Below, piece after piece: positions 24,760 through 37,675 of a stretch of 64,000 nt of DNA; positions within the stretch are counted from its first letter, which is position 1; every line of letters begins with the position of its first letter. Position numbers and translations under genes: made by a program. The DNA comes from Epiperipatus broadwayi (taxonomy: Eukaryota; Animalia; Onychophora). Location: NCBI GenBank assembly GCA_028023455.1, contig JAQFVV010000011.1, positions 620,001 through 684,000 on the forward strand, in the 5' to 3' direction. The notes below the pieces were generated by a model, which made no database searches, was not told the origin of the DNA, and was given only the letters and a program-made list of their open reading frames with translations.

Positions 24760-27600
24760 TAATCCATTTCAGGATGAAAATCTCTCCAAGTTTAATCCAA
24801 TTTCTCCACATTACATTAACAAATGTCTTTATTTGAACCAAATCATATAGTTCTTTTCTAAGTCTTTTACATTCTCTTGAAATCCAAGAAATATAATTTT
24901 TTTCTAAGACTTTTACTATCCACCCAGAAGCATCTTTCCTAGCAATTCTTTAGTCCAACTCCATTTTAAGTTTTTAAGTTTTTCAATGATGTCAATGATA
25001 GTGGTATGTTCTTTCATCAATGTTGTTACTGCCAGTAGAATCTCTCCATACTTTATTGAGTGATTTGAAGTCTCTTTACTCATTGTCTGTTTAGTATTCA
25101 AGTCTTTGATTCATAAATAAGAATTAATAAAGCACATCTATTAAAAACTTGTTTTTTCAAATCCATAGGCATATTTTATTTTAATACTGAGTTGTTTCTT
25201 CTCCATTCAAATTAAAATCTTCAACTAATGTTATTCATTATTTTTCCACATTTATTAATAACCTGATCAAGATATTTGTAATTATTAACTTATTGCAATT
25301 CATAATTATCAATTATTATTTTATTTTTCTGAGAAATTTTATTGAATATTATTTTAGTTTGTTTAGTATTTATCTTTATACCTCTTTATACTTCCATCTG
25401 ATAACCCTTGCAACAGCAATCAAAACTCTGAAATATTAATTGCAAAAACAATTAAATCATCTGCTAAATCTAGATGACTAAAATAATGTCCATGTATTTT
25501 TATTCCATTAGTTTTTTAATTTATTCACAAAATACTTTTGTAAAACTATTACAAAAATATTGGAGAAATGAAATCCTCCTGTTGTACGCTCCTATCAATC
25601 GTAATCTTTTCTCTCATGTGTCATAGCATCAGCTGGGAAGTGAACCTGCTAACCCATGACAATTTCTTGTAAAGCAGCCATTGCTAACTTCTTGACCACC
25701 AATGCTTAACAAATATTAATCTTTTTTAATGTTACTTCCACTGCTAGTACATTTTGATAATTATTCTTCAGAATAAGATAATGTCTTAGGTCTATATGTT
25801 ATTGGTCCAAAATTTAATCACTGTGAAAATGTTTTCTGGAATCAAATGCTTTTCCATAATGCTTAAACTAAAACATAACAGCAACTCATTTATTGATATT
25901 TCTATAACTTCTCTCAATACCTGCTATAAAATCACTTTTGAATTTAACTTGTTCTTTTTCTTGGAATCCAAAATTCATGGTAGCTGTATGTTTAAATTTT
26001 TAATATCTATTTTAGCATCTTCTTAATTATTAAAACTATTACAATATTCTGGTAGTCTTTATCTTTGGACATTTGGTATATAGTTTTTTTTAATAATTTT
26101 TATTTATTTATTTACGATTTCAATAATAATTTAATTATATCCTGAAGCAGATTTAATTGCATGCCCTACATCTTAACTCAAAAATCCTTGGCAATTTAGA
26201 ATAATAGTAATTGTAGTTACTTCATTTTTAAAATTTTTATTATTATATAATTCCTTGTAAAACTTTTCCTCACATTCATAATGTCATTTCCTTTTTAGGA
26301 ATCGTTTCATGTTTTCTTAATACTGAAATAACTGTTCTGTCAATAAAAGTTTTCCCTTCTATAGCTTTTTTTTGTAAGTTCAGTTATATTTTTTATACCC
26401 TCATTAACTCTTTTTCTAATCTTCTGCAGAAATACAAATATTCAATATTTTGTTGGATCACTTTAAAATGTTTTATATGTTTTTTCTTCTTCATATATTG
26501 TCGTGTCTTAGTAGATAACTTAGTGGTAATTTTTTTTTTCCATCAGCATTTTTTTTTCAGTTTTTAATAGAGTGTAAATTATTTTATTAATAATCACAGT
26601 TAAGTTTGTACCATCTTCAAAGTCTATAAATATTTTAAAACGATTAACAAATTCAATTTTAATTTCATTAGAGTATTTCTGAGCTCAGGAATATCAACTG
26701 TTAATATTGTCTTTATTAATTATTTTTAATCTTTCTAGTTTGCATTAGCATGTAGCTTATATCTCATTGATTGATGATTCCTTTATTGAATCTATGAAGA
26801 ATATTACAATCTTGATATATATATATATGAAAAACAAAACAAGTTTTATATACGTAAATATATATATATGAAAAACAAAAACAAGTTATAAATCACGTAA
26901 CTATATATATATTCTGTTAGTCATAATATATTCCAATTCTGTTGCATCTTCATTTGAATGTTATCATTTTTATTTGTTTTAGGCATTTTTTTTAAAAAAT
27001 AATTTTATAATATGCAATTTTTTTCACAGAAGTCACTCATATTCCTGTTATCATATCAAAATAACAAGCAACACTCATCCTTCAATTATTTTCTAATGCT
27101 AACATTTTAATAATAGTTTAAAAATGTTATTGGCGCAATCACAAATATTTTTTACATTTATATAAAAGTTATCTACCTCTTTACCACATTGAAAAATTAT
27201 TGGGTCATAAACCTAAATTATCTGCATTTAGTGCATTCTATTAATTTCAATAACTAATCTTGCCACTCTGTCAAATGCACTCTCCATTTCCTAATATTGT
27301 TCTTCCACTTTTTATTCATAAAAAATTTCATTCATTTCGTGCTTTCAGTACTTGAGCTAATATAATGAAATATATGTCTACTTTTACATCAATCTTTTTT
27401 TTTCTAACTTCACAAAGGCCATAATGTCCCATTTAGTATTAGGTAGAAGTAACTTCTATAATCTTTCTTCACTTGATAATGATCTTCAGTTGTAAATAAA
27501 TAAATAAAAGTCATCACTAAATGGCAACCTGGGTCCACAATTAATATATTCTTAGTACTCTCTACCTTCAGGCATCAACTACTGTCTTGGCTGATAATTT
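24760..27600 (-). mobile_element. Near full-length, heavily decayed RTE-type LINE (APE + RT)
   Basis: Minus-strand motifs GLCEVR (~27403-27420), YGKAFDS (~25840), GVQQEDFISPNIF (~25560-25590), HLDLADDLIVF (~25445-25475), LKWSW (~24955) and W..LGEIFILKW (~24770-24810). Confidence 0.8.
25611..25710 (-). mobile_element. tRNA-Gly(TCC)-derived short SINE, copy 1 (inserted in the RTE relic)
   Basis: Reverse complement GCATTGGTGGTCAAGAAGTTAGCAATGGCTGCTTTACAAG...GGTTCACTTCCCAGCTGATGC-TATGACACATGA. Possible TSD TAATCTTTT (25602-25610 / 25717-25725). Confidence 0.75.
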
Positions 27601-30600
27601 TAAAATGTCTTGAAAATAAAAAACAATTTAATTTTGTCTGTCGTAAATATAAATATCTAAAAAATTATCATTCTTTCACATGTTCATCCTGCCTTCAATA
27701 TACCTTAACTGATCTTAAGAACTATCTGACAACTGTGAAGAAAGTTCATAGTACTTTGGTCTTAAATTTAGAGTTAAAATTCAATAAATTCACCATATTA
27801 TCTGATCTATTTTGCTCATAATCCTATCTATATTTGATTAATATATGAATAATTGTTTATTACAATTGTAACTCAAAGAACATATATAGTGAACTTGAGA
27901 AATTTTCTCTACTCAATTTTTTTGAGGCCTTAAAAAGAATCAAAAGCTCTCTTTTCAGTTAAGACTGTAATTCTTATCTGTAACCTTTATATAAATATAT
28001 TGTAACAGTACAGAGAAAGAAATAGGGGTGAAGATGGGGTGATGGAAATCATCATCATCAACCCCAGTTCAATATAAAATATAAAATTAAATATCAAAGA
28101 AATAAGCATGAGAGATCAGCACTAATTATAATTAAGTAATTAGCATTAAATAAAAGTAATAACTTTTTATTTATTATATTTTTTGATAAAAAATAAAACC
28201 AACTGTCCATCTTCTGACTGGATTTGAAATGGATCTACTATAGACCAGACTAAATATTTAGCCCTTGCTAGTTTGTGGCAGATTATTTAACCATTATTTG
28301 GATGCACAAACTTAAGTGCTAATCCATTAGAATAAATAACAATAAAAACAGTAATGCTGGTTACTAAAACATGCTGATCACCATCAATTCTCTGGCCACT
28401 TAGTACCATTAATGTACTGGCCAACAATAAACTTAATTTTCTATAAATACAAATTAAATAAAATGTAGTGAATGGACTTTAAAGAATATCTTCTTTGTGC
28501 CAATCCAGGATCATCATCACATGAGAGTCCATAAACACAAAGTATAAACCCTTTTTATGTAACAGACTATTGTGTATAAATCTAGCTCAGAGAACAAAAG
28601 GTCTATAACTGTTAATGTGAGCAAGAAATAATATGGCCTATAATATTCTAAAACTATTTAGGACTGATTAAATTCACTGGAATAATTTTAGCAATGAAAT
28701 ATAAATTTATTAATAGCTATTAGTCTGCTGAGTATGCCATACATGTCAATTAATCCTTCTGATTTTGACTAATATAATTATCTATCACATTGGGATTTAC
28801 AAATATCTCATAATGGGATTACATAAAATATGTGTATATATTGTGATGTATAAAATAGTTTAAAGATGCAAACTACCAAGGTGAGGCAGATTGTAGTAGC
28901 TGGTATGAGAACAGCATTAGGCATGTAGCCTAACACCAGACTAAGAAGATTATTCTATAATCAAAGTGTGTATTTATATACATAACATGACCACATCATC
29001 TTTTATAGCATAATCTTTCATGGACTCTAATAACTCCAGTAAATTTTCTATCCAGAGAATAATATTGTTGTCAATACTATAGTTATATACTAAAATAATA
29101 AAAGAAACATGCAAGTATCCTATACAATAATCTTTATTATACTTTTCCTTTTTTATTTCTCTTCCCAATCCCATCTCACTGCAATCTGAACTCACCGAAT
29201 CCCATTTCACTGAATCTATTCAAATAGCAGTGGCTGACCAGATGTATTATATAATAATGAGTTAAATATATATAGCTTAACTCAAAACCTTTCTCTTGTT
29301 AATGTTAAATAATTTAATCTTAATTACTAAATCATGGGATAAGTGTCTTTTGTTTTCTTATGTCCATTGTTTTTTCTTTTACATTTACTTATTGTGGCAT
29401 AAATGTCTTGTGTTTCTTATGACCAGAATTTAAACTGACTATAATCTACTTTATGTCTCTCTACAATCGAGCAGCTCACATTTGTGAAACCAAAACCTAC
29501 ATATACATGGCTATAACAAAGATAATAAAAAAACATAAAAAATGAAATAAATATAAAAACCTACCCCCTCCAGAATTATGTCAAAAATAAGGAATAAATT
29601 AATCAAAATAATCCCATACTCTATTGTTGAAGCTTTTACAAATCTACAATAGCTAATATATATAAAGCACAACTGATTGATTCTGTAATTGTATTTTTTT
29701 AATCAGAGTAGAAATGTTTACTTTATAAACAGTTTATAATTATTTACCTGTTGATCTGCTGTTAATATGGATTAAATTGGCATTGACTATCCATTTCTCA
29801 AAATACTGGGTGGCTATCAGTCTATCAAATTTAATCAGAAGGGTGCTGTCTCTGGGTTGATATTTTTCTGAAAGTTCTTGCATGAATCCTCCAAGTTCTT
29901 TCGCTTCTGGACACCCCCTCAGCTAGTTAGCTGGCTTCATATTTTGCCTGGGGTGAAAATTCCTCAGAATTTCAGGTGCAGTTTGTGAGATGATTTCCCT
30001 GGGAAAGAAGCCCTTGATTCTCTCTAGCAAGAGAACATTTTCACAGCAACTTGCAGCAATAACCTTCAATAAAAACTTTTTGATAATCAATCCCTGAACA
30101 AAAGAGAACTCCATAATTTATACTTTTTTTAAATTCTCTTCCCCTCTCTCTTTATTTTTAATTATTTTTGTTTTTTAAGCAGGATTCACATGTTTTTGGT
30201 TTATTTTTAGCAAAAATTTGTCACTTCAATTTCTGTCCTTTTTTATTTCAGAATTTTTCATTTAAAAAAGTTTTTGAATAATTAATAAAATTTACAATGG
30301 ATATACTCTTACAATACTTTTAATTACAAATCAGTATTTGGCTTGGGTTTCAACAATAGTTAATGCAATCTTTTCTCACTTCCCCCAATTCATCTTTTCC
30401 CAAGAATTTCAACAAAATAGCTTTTACTAAAAAAACTTCTAATTCAAGACAACTAATTTATCATGAACTATAATCAACTTAAATAAATTTTAAAAAAAGA
30501 TCAAATTATAAGATAACATGTTAAATGATTTTATAAAATTCTACTTATAATCCAATGAAATAACTACAAAATTAAATATATATGTATTTACATATGAGAT

Positions 30601-30799
30601 GGCAGAAAATACCATCTCAATACATATCAGCAAACAGATATGTGATATAATAATTTATGAACATATTTGAATTGTCATATAATAATAATAATAATAAAAT
30701 ATGATTAATTTTAACATATGTCTTCCTGACATGCATCTACACAAACACACATACATACTGTACCACATGGGAATTCTTATAATACTAATAAAAAACAAG

Positions 30800-32172
30800 G
30801 GTACTTGAGTATTAGTCCTGCAACATAGAAGAGGTAGGAGCCTTTTCACATCTGCAATAAATGTATAATCTAGCAATCACATCAAATTGAAAGAAAATAA
30901 ACACTGTATATCAAAAATGTGGTTTTCTTTGTGATATTTTGCCATTTTTTTCAGCTATTGTCCAGATTTTTATTTTGTTTTCATAATTTCATATACAGGA
31001 AGAGTGATAAATGTTTTATCATCACAATTAAAGATTGGACAGTGGCAACTCTGATGGAAGCGATGAAACACGAATGTAGAAAGGGTTCGACTATATATTG
31101 CAGATTTTTATTTTTATTTTGTTTTGATAAATTTCATAAGCAGAGAGACCAACAAATGTTTTATCATCACAATAAAGATTGAACAGTGGTGACTCTGATG
31201 GAAACTATCAAACATGAATGTAGAAGAGGATTCGACTATATATTCAGACTTATGAAAGGTCTACAAAAGTGATGAATTGAGGAATGCCAGTAAACTGGGG
31301 TTTACACATAAACAGTCAAAAGACTGGGGTTTTTGCAAAATAAACAGCAGTGAGGGACCTGGCTGAATTTATGGGGTGTAGATTACACAAAAATGATGAC
31401 ACATTTTTTTTATGAAAAATTATGTCAAACAATTTTTTCCACGAAGATGAAAAGTGGTAATAAAACTCTTATAATCATTTATTACCATTTTTGTGGAAAA
31501 TCATGACACACTTTGCAATCACATGTCAATTTTTGAGAGGAAAATTTTCAGTCCAGGCCTCCATTTTCTGTGGTAAAATTAAATTTCTATTTGGCTGTTT
31601 GAATGTGATCAATTCCTATTATTTATTACAGGATGAGTAGTGTATGTGTATACTGTATGTGTTTTTATAAATAATATTTTTTAAAAAAATAATTTAGTGA
31701 TTGTTTTGTGTGTATGTAAAGTAACATTTGGAAGTCATGTAATGGTATCTTTTATTTAATATATTTTTAGGGTCTGAGAAAATGTAATTTTTAAGATAAC
31801 AGATTTTTGGTTTAAAATATTGTTTTTAATTACCCATTTTTTTATCAAAATCATACATACATTTACTTTTTTTATAGTTTCACTTGTGTGTGAACATGTT
31901 ATTTTTAGTCCTGCAATATGGGTATTAGACATGCTCCACTTTTTCAGATTCATATCAACCGACCAATAACTGTAAATATTGCAAGAATATCATGTACAAA
32001 ATCTGTATACACATTACTTTTTCGCAAATCTTGGGGAAAATATCATGTACACGATCTATGTACACATTATTTTGGTCAGATCACAAGATTACAAAGTTAT
32101 CAGCAGATTGATATGAATGTGAAAAGGTGCAGCACATCTAATACCATATTGCAGGACTAATACTCAAGTACC
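30800..32172 (+). mobile_element. Merlin-superfamily (IS1595/ISXO2-like) DNA transposon, internally deleted
   Basis: Perfect 24-bp TIR GGTACTTGAGTATTAGTCCTGCAA (30800-30823, inverted at 32149-32172), matching the Merlin 5'-GGNRM end. Degenerate 8-bp flanks AAAACAAG/AAACTAAG. Internal transposase remnant. Confidence 0.8.
30963..31330 (+). pseudogene. ISXO2-like DDE transposase fragment, partly duplicated in tandem (period ~145 bp)
   Basis: KCFIITIKDWTVATLMEAMKHECRKGSTIY and a second copy ...STIYSDL*KVY...GFTH resemble the DRxxxTLxxxIxxxxxPGSxIxSDxWxxY...GYxH signature. Confidence 0.75.
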
Positions 32173-35100
32173 AAACTAAGTTATCACATTTTACTGATAT
32201 ATAAATAGTGACAGTTTTCTCATATATATGTGTGTATGCATGGAAATGTGTGGGCACACTGATATTTATATCATATGATATTTTAATTTGTTAAAATAAT
32301 AAACGTATTAAAAATATAATCTTCATATCAATGCACATGTATGATGTGTGTGTACATAAAATTATAGATGATATGAATCAAAGCTATTAATTCACTCTTT
32401 ATCTAATGGGGGGAAAGGTTTTTCTTTTTACTTTTTAAAAAAAAATTTTTGATTCTTTGACAGTCCTTTATAAAAGCTTTCTTTTTCTTTTTTTTTAAAA
32501 AAGTAACATCACATCTTTGTCAGGTTACTCTTATTTAATTAATTAAAAATGTCTCTTAAAAAATACTCCAGCAAGTTTTTGTTTTTCAATCTAGAAATTT
32601 TTTTTTGTTTTTTTTTTTTCGAAATAAAATCGTCTATAAATCAATCCTTGAGTTTTTTAGACTTTTAATTCAAGCAAAAAATTATTTAAAGTCATTTATT
32701 TTTAATATTTGTTAATTTTAAATGTCATTTCAAGAAATTATTTAAAATACTATCAGTTTCTTAGTATTATGATACAACTAATCAGGTATTGTGTCTTTAT
32801 TTTACGTGGAAAATTTGCATATGCACATATATGGTGCTGACATTTTATATCTTATTTAAGTAATAATATTAAATATTTCTACATATAAAAATGTATACCA
32901 ACCAGTTAATGTTAGAGAAATCTGCAAAATAGCAAGGAAAAACTAAAACAATATCAGCACCATTGCAACACCCCAAAACATCTCAAAAAAGCAATTTTGT
33001 AGTGACTGGCATGGTGGCCATTAAATAATTACACCTTTTGCCTAATTACTTATTTCCCAACTATGTAATATATGAAAAAGTGATATAATTTTAATAAGTG
33101 TTCTAGGATCTTTTTGACACTAGGTGGAACCACCAAATCATTGTAGACACATGCAAGTGATAAATAATTTTAGATGTTTAATCAAATCTACCTTTTGTTC
33201 AATAAAAAGAAATAAATTTCAAATTTTGTTACAAGTTTAAAATGAAACAGCACTTACAATTAACAAATAAAAACATTAAAACAATCTTAGATATTTCATA
33301 CAAATGTGTTCTAAATATTTTGTGCATTAGCAAATATTAAAACTGATATTAATTTTAAAATTATCAAGACATGACATTTAATTTGAAACTTTGGTTTTGT
33401 AACATTTCAACTACAATTGATATCTCATACTGATCTTAAGATATGAAATTTGTTTTATATAATTACAATTAATATTAAAATTTTGGTATTAAAAATTTTA
33501 AAAATATAGCCAGAAAATGAGATAAAATTACTTTTGTTTAATGAGAATCAGTTGACTGCTTTTTTATAATCAGTTATTATAATGAAATAAGATTGTTTTC
33601 TATTATTGCCATTAGTTACATTAAGTTTTATAATATTCATTTTAAAAAGTAGCAAAAAAGTAGGCATTTGAAAAAGATTAAAAAAAATTATAGCCTTTTA
33701 CACTATAAGCAGTATAAAATATTGTTAAAAAAAGAGATAAATAAAATTAAAACTACACAAATTAAATTCAAACCAATTTGATTTATAGCTACTTAGACTA
33801 CAAGCAGTATAAGATACTGCTCTTTTTGAAAAAAAGGACAGACATTTAAAACTACACAAATTTGACTTTTGCAAAATAGATACATATTTAGGAGGGTATA
33901 CTAACAGGGATATCTATTCAACTAAAAAAATTATATCAAGTTAAGGTATTTGAAAATTGATTGTGGTATAATATACCACATGTAGCCATTACATGTTAAT
34001 CTTAGAATAAATAAAATGTGGTAGTTTAAAATGCATGATTAAATCCATAAAAATGAATAAATATGCATGACTAAAAAATTTTAAAAAATGCAAAACAAAA
34101 TTTAAAGATGTAGTTTATACAAGTAGCAAATATTAAAATTGAAATTAATTTTACAATTCAAACGATTTAAAAAAAAAAGTAAAATGTGCAAGAATGTTAA
34201 AATGAATAAAAATATGATGGCAGAATACATGACTAAATATATTGAAATATTAAAAGTTTATTTTTTATAAAGAACAACATTTAAAGATCGCATTACTACA
34301 CTTATCAAATATTAAAACTGGAATTATTTTCAATATTATTCAAAGCCATAACATTTTTTTAAAAATGTAAAATGTGTAAAAATGTTAGAATGGGTTAAAA
34401 TGTGCTTAAAAATACATTACTAATATATATAAGAATGAGCAAAAATGGTTATAACCATAACATAATATAAATGTTTGCATGAGTAAAATTACAACAATCA
34501 CAATGTAATAAAAAATAGTTATGTGGAAAATATTTATTTTATGTTGTTTATTTTTGAATAATAAAATATATAAACTGTAAATATCTCAAAGTGGAAGCCA
34601 AATAGAAAGGCTGAGTGTTTCATTCTTCAAGCACTAATCTTTGTAACATGAGAGTATGGGGAAATTGGAAAGTTTGTTCCATGGCTTTATCTCATGACCT
34701 TAAAGCAGGAAAAAAAAATTCCAGGGGATTGGGAAGGATATAATGCCAAAAATTATTAAAACGTGTTGACTTTTTAATAAATTTTAAGTAGGTCTATCTG
34801 CCTATTCATTCAACTTTCTATATATCTACATGTTTGTCTGTCTTCATATTTGTCTGTCTTTCAATTATTCATGAATCAATTCTATCTATTCAGGCACCAG
34901 TTATTTTAAACAAAGAATTTACGAATAAAAATAAAAAATACATATGTATAAAAACTTGGATGTATGCAATCCCCAAGAATTTATAAAAATTCCCTGATTG
35001 CTCTGCAGAATTCATATATTTGAAAAATCTTCTCTGATAATCAGTCTAAAGTGCTGCTAATTTTAACATAAAAATAGCAATCATTCAAATACATTAATAA

Positions 35101-35441
35101 TGACAAATCAATTGACACTAAAATATCAATAAACCTCTCAACAGTCATATATATAATATAGGCACTATTGCACCTGACTGCAAAGCTACTTTTTACTTAA
35201 AAACAAAATAAAATCTATTATTCTGCAAGCACTTTCAAGAGATGTGCTCTCATCATCATAGCTCTGAGTGAAATAATTATATGCAAATTATGCAAAGTTC
35301 AAAGGTTAATCACTCCATTTCTTTGAGATTACGAAGCATGTATCCTTGCAGTTGATGGCATTGCAATCCATCACAATGAAGCAGGCCTCCTTAACTTTTC
35401 TTTTTACATCATGTCTTTTTCTGCAGACCAGGTTGACATCT

Positions 35442-35535
35442 TGTGGTTCACACCATATATATATATATCAGTCTACAAAATACAACCATGTGGTTCACAC
35501 CATATATATATATATCAGTCTACAAAATACAACCA
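35442..35535. repeat. Perfect tandem duplication, 2 x 47 bp
   Basis: tgtggttcacaccatatatatatatatcagtctacaaaatacaacca repeated twice. Confidence 0.95.
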
Positions 35536-37320
35536 AATATTAAACCTATCGCAATTACCTAAAAATTATTTTATTAATTAAACTTCAATTAATAAACCAA
35601 ACATAAATATAGAATTAAATAAATTAATGGTTCCCATAAAAATATATGTAAACAAATCTTGGATATAAATTACTATCATGGTGAATGAAATATTTGTTGT
35701 GAGTCCCCAAACATACCAAAAAAAAAAGTGGCCAATTACTCTTTTAAATAAATATAAAAATCCTTTCTTGTTTGTAACCCAAAGTAGCACTATACACTAT
35801 TTCATGCACTATACTTGGAGTTTTCATCTTGCATATAAACATACAATAATTTGAATAATATAAGATGATAAATATTAATGCATCTTTTACGTGTACATAA
35901 AATAGGATTTAAATCCATGTTCAATGAATTTTCCAGTCGCGCTAAGTATTTTTTTTCACATAGTCAGACCAAAGTCAATCTAATTAGCTATCTAATTCTA
36001 AATTAGACAGAAAAATAAGACCTAAAGAATAATCAAATTCTCACTACACAATTGTTGATCAAGCTATTGAGTAATGTCTTCTACATTATTGTTTCTATGT
36101 TGGTGGAATGGGGATTAAGGCTGATAGAGAGGCATGCAGTGATATTTTTTAAAAAACATTACATTTTATTTATGTATATACAAAAAAACTAAGAATTAGT
36201 GGTAGATGGGAGGTGACAAAATTTTTTTCTTTAATAAATAAATAAACAACAGATTAAAAAAAATTACTAATGTTACAAATAATAATATAAAATTTCTAAC
36301 AACCTTTATTGATTAAATTATTTTAAAATAATTAAATAATTTGATCATTGGAGGGCTTGTGATGATGGCCTTTTTATCATCACCATTATCATCATTTCAC
36401 TATTATTGATCCAATATAGAATAAAAATGTCTATAAGTTTAATTCAGAATCCATAAGCCTTTCTTCTCAAGTTTTTGTTATATGCAGGACTATTTCCATC
36501 ATCTTGATGAATTGTTAAATATTTTTAGAAATTTTCAAATTTTATTTGTATATTTTCTAAATATATTAAACAGTTAGTAGCAATGCACATGTTAGTAGAA
36601 AAAATAGTTTGCAGTAATATTATTCTCCATTTTTCTTTACATATTGCTGGCTTGATGCATGTAGCAATTGGCACATGAACTGAACACTAGTTCAGTTTTT
36701 TAGATTCCTGACTATTCAATTTAAAATAATGCTCTAACCAACTATCCTTTACTATTATTTTTCTATTTTCTTCGGTATTTCTAGCCTGAATAGTGACAAC
36801 TTTCACAGAAATTCATAAAAGCCCAATTTAAAATGATGTTCTAGCCAACAGGTTATTTTTACTGACTGATAAAATGTAATTCTATCAAATAATAACTTAG
36901 TTAGAACATCATTTTAAATTTAATATTAATGAATCTAAAGGTCATATTTTAATTATCATATTTGCTATTTTTCGTCAGACCATCATCACCCAAAGAAGAG
37001 GAGAATAATAATATTCCCCAAACATTGTGTTTTATAATAACTTACACGTTATTTTGCTATTAAATGCAATTAGAACAATATAAATAAAATTTAAATTTTT
37101 CAAAAAACATTTATTAATTTACCCAAACGATGGAAATAGTTCAGAAGTTTACTGCACATAATATTATTTAATTTATGGACACATTTTTAAACAGATAGTG
37201 AAAATTGTAAAAAATAAAACAAAAAAACCCAGTATAATTAGTAAATTAGTATAAATATTATTAGTAAATAGATTTAAAAAATAAGAAAATGATTTAAAAC
37301 TAAATATAAATAATATAGAT

Positions 37321-37675
37321 CACGGGTCTCAACCTTTTTGCACTTAAGAGCATATTCTATAATACCGACCAGATGGCAGGTACCATTTATTTTTTAAATG
37401 TAAACTTATAGTTGGATATTGTTAATAATACACATAATGTACAAAAATATTTATTTCAAAAATAATATTTTAACATATAAACTCTTTTGCGCTGTAAAAG
37501 TATAGTATGCTCGACATTTTTTACAATATAATCCAATAATTTATAAGAAATTTTAAAAATTAAATTTATTTGTATCAGATAAATAATTTTTTATCGTGTT
37601 CGATATAGCGGCGGGCACACGTAAAATGGTCTGCGGGCGCCATGGTGCCCGCGGGCACAGGGTTGTAAACCTCTG
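37321..37675. mobile_element. hAT (Charlie-like) non-autonomous MITE, 355 bp
   Basis: Termini CACGGGTCTCAACC... and ...GGTTGTAAACCTCTG (imperfect TIR). Perfect 8-bp TSD ATATAGAT (37313-37320 / 37676-37683). GC-rich subterminal gcgggcgccatggtgcccgcgggc. Confidence 0.85.

Noticed and set aside
34640-34715. KVCS..SHDL, faintly like the mariner WVPHEL motif
   Set aside because: Too degenerate; no TIRs or DD34D region nearby.
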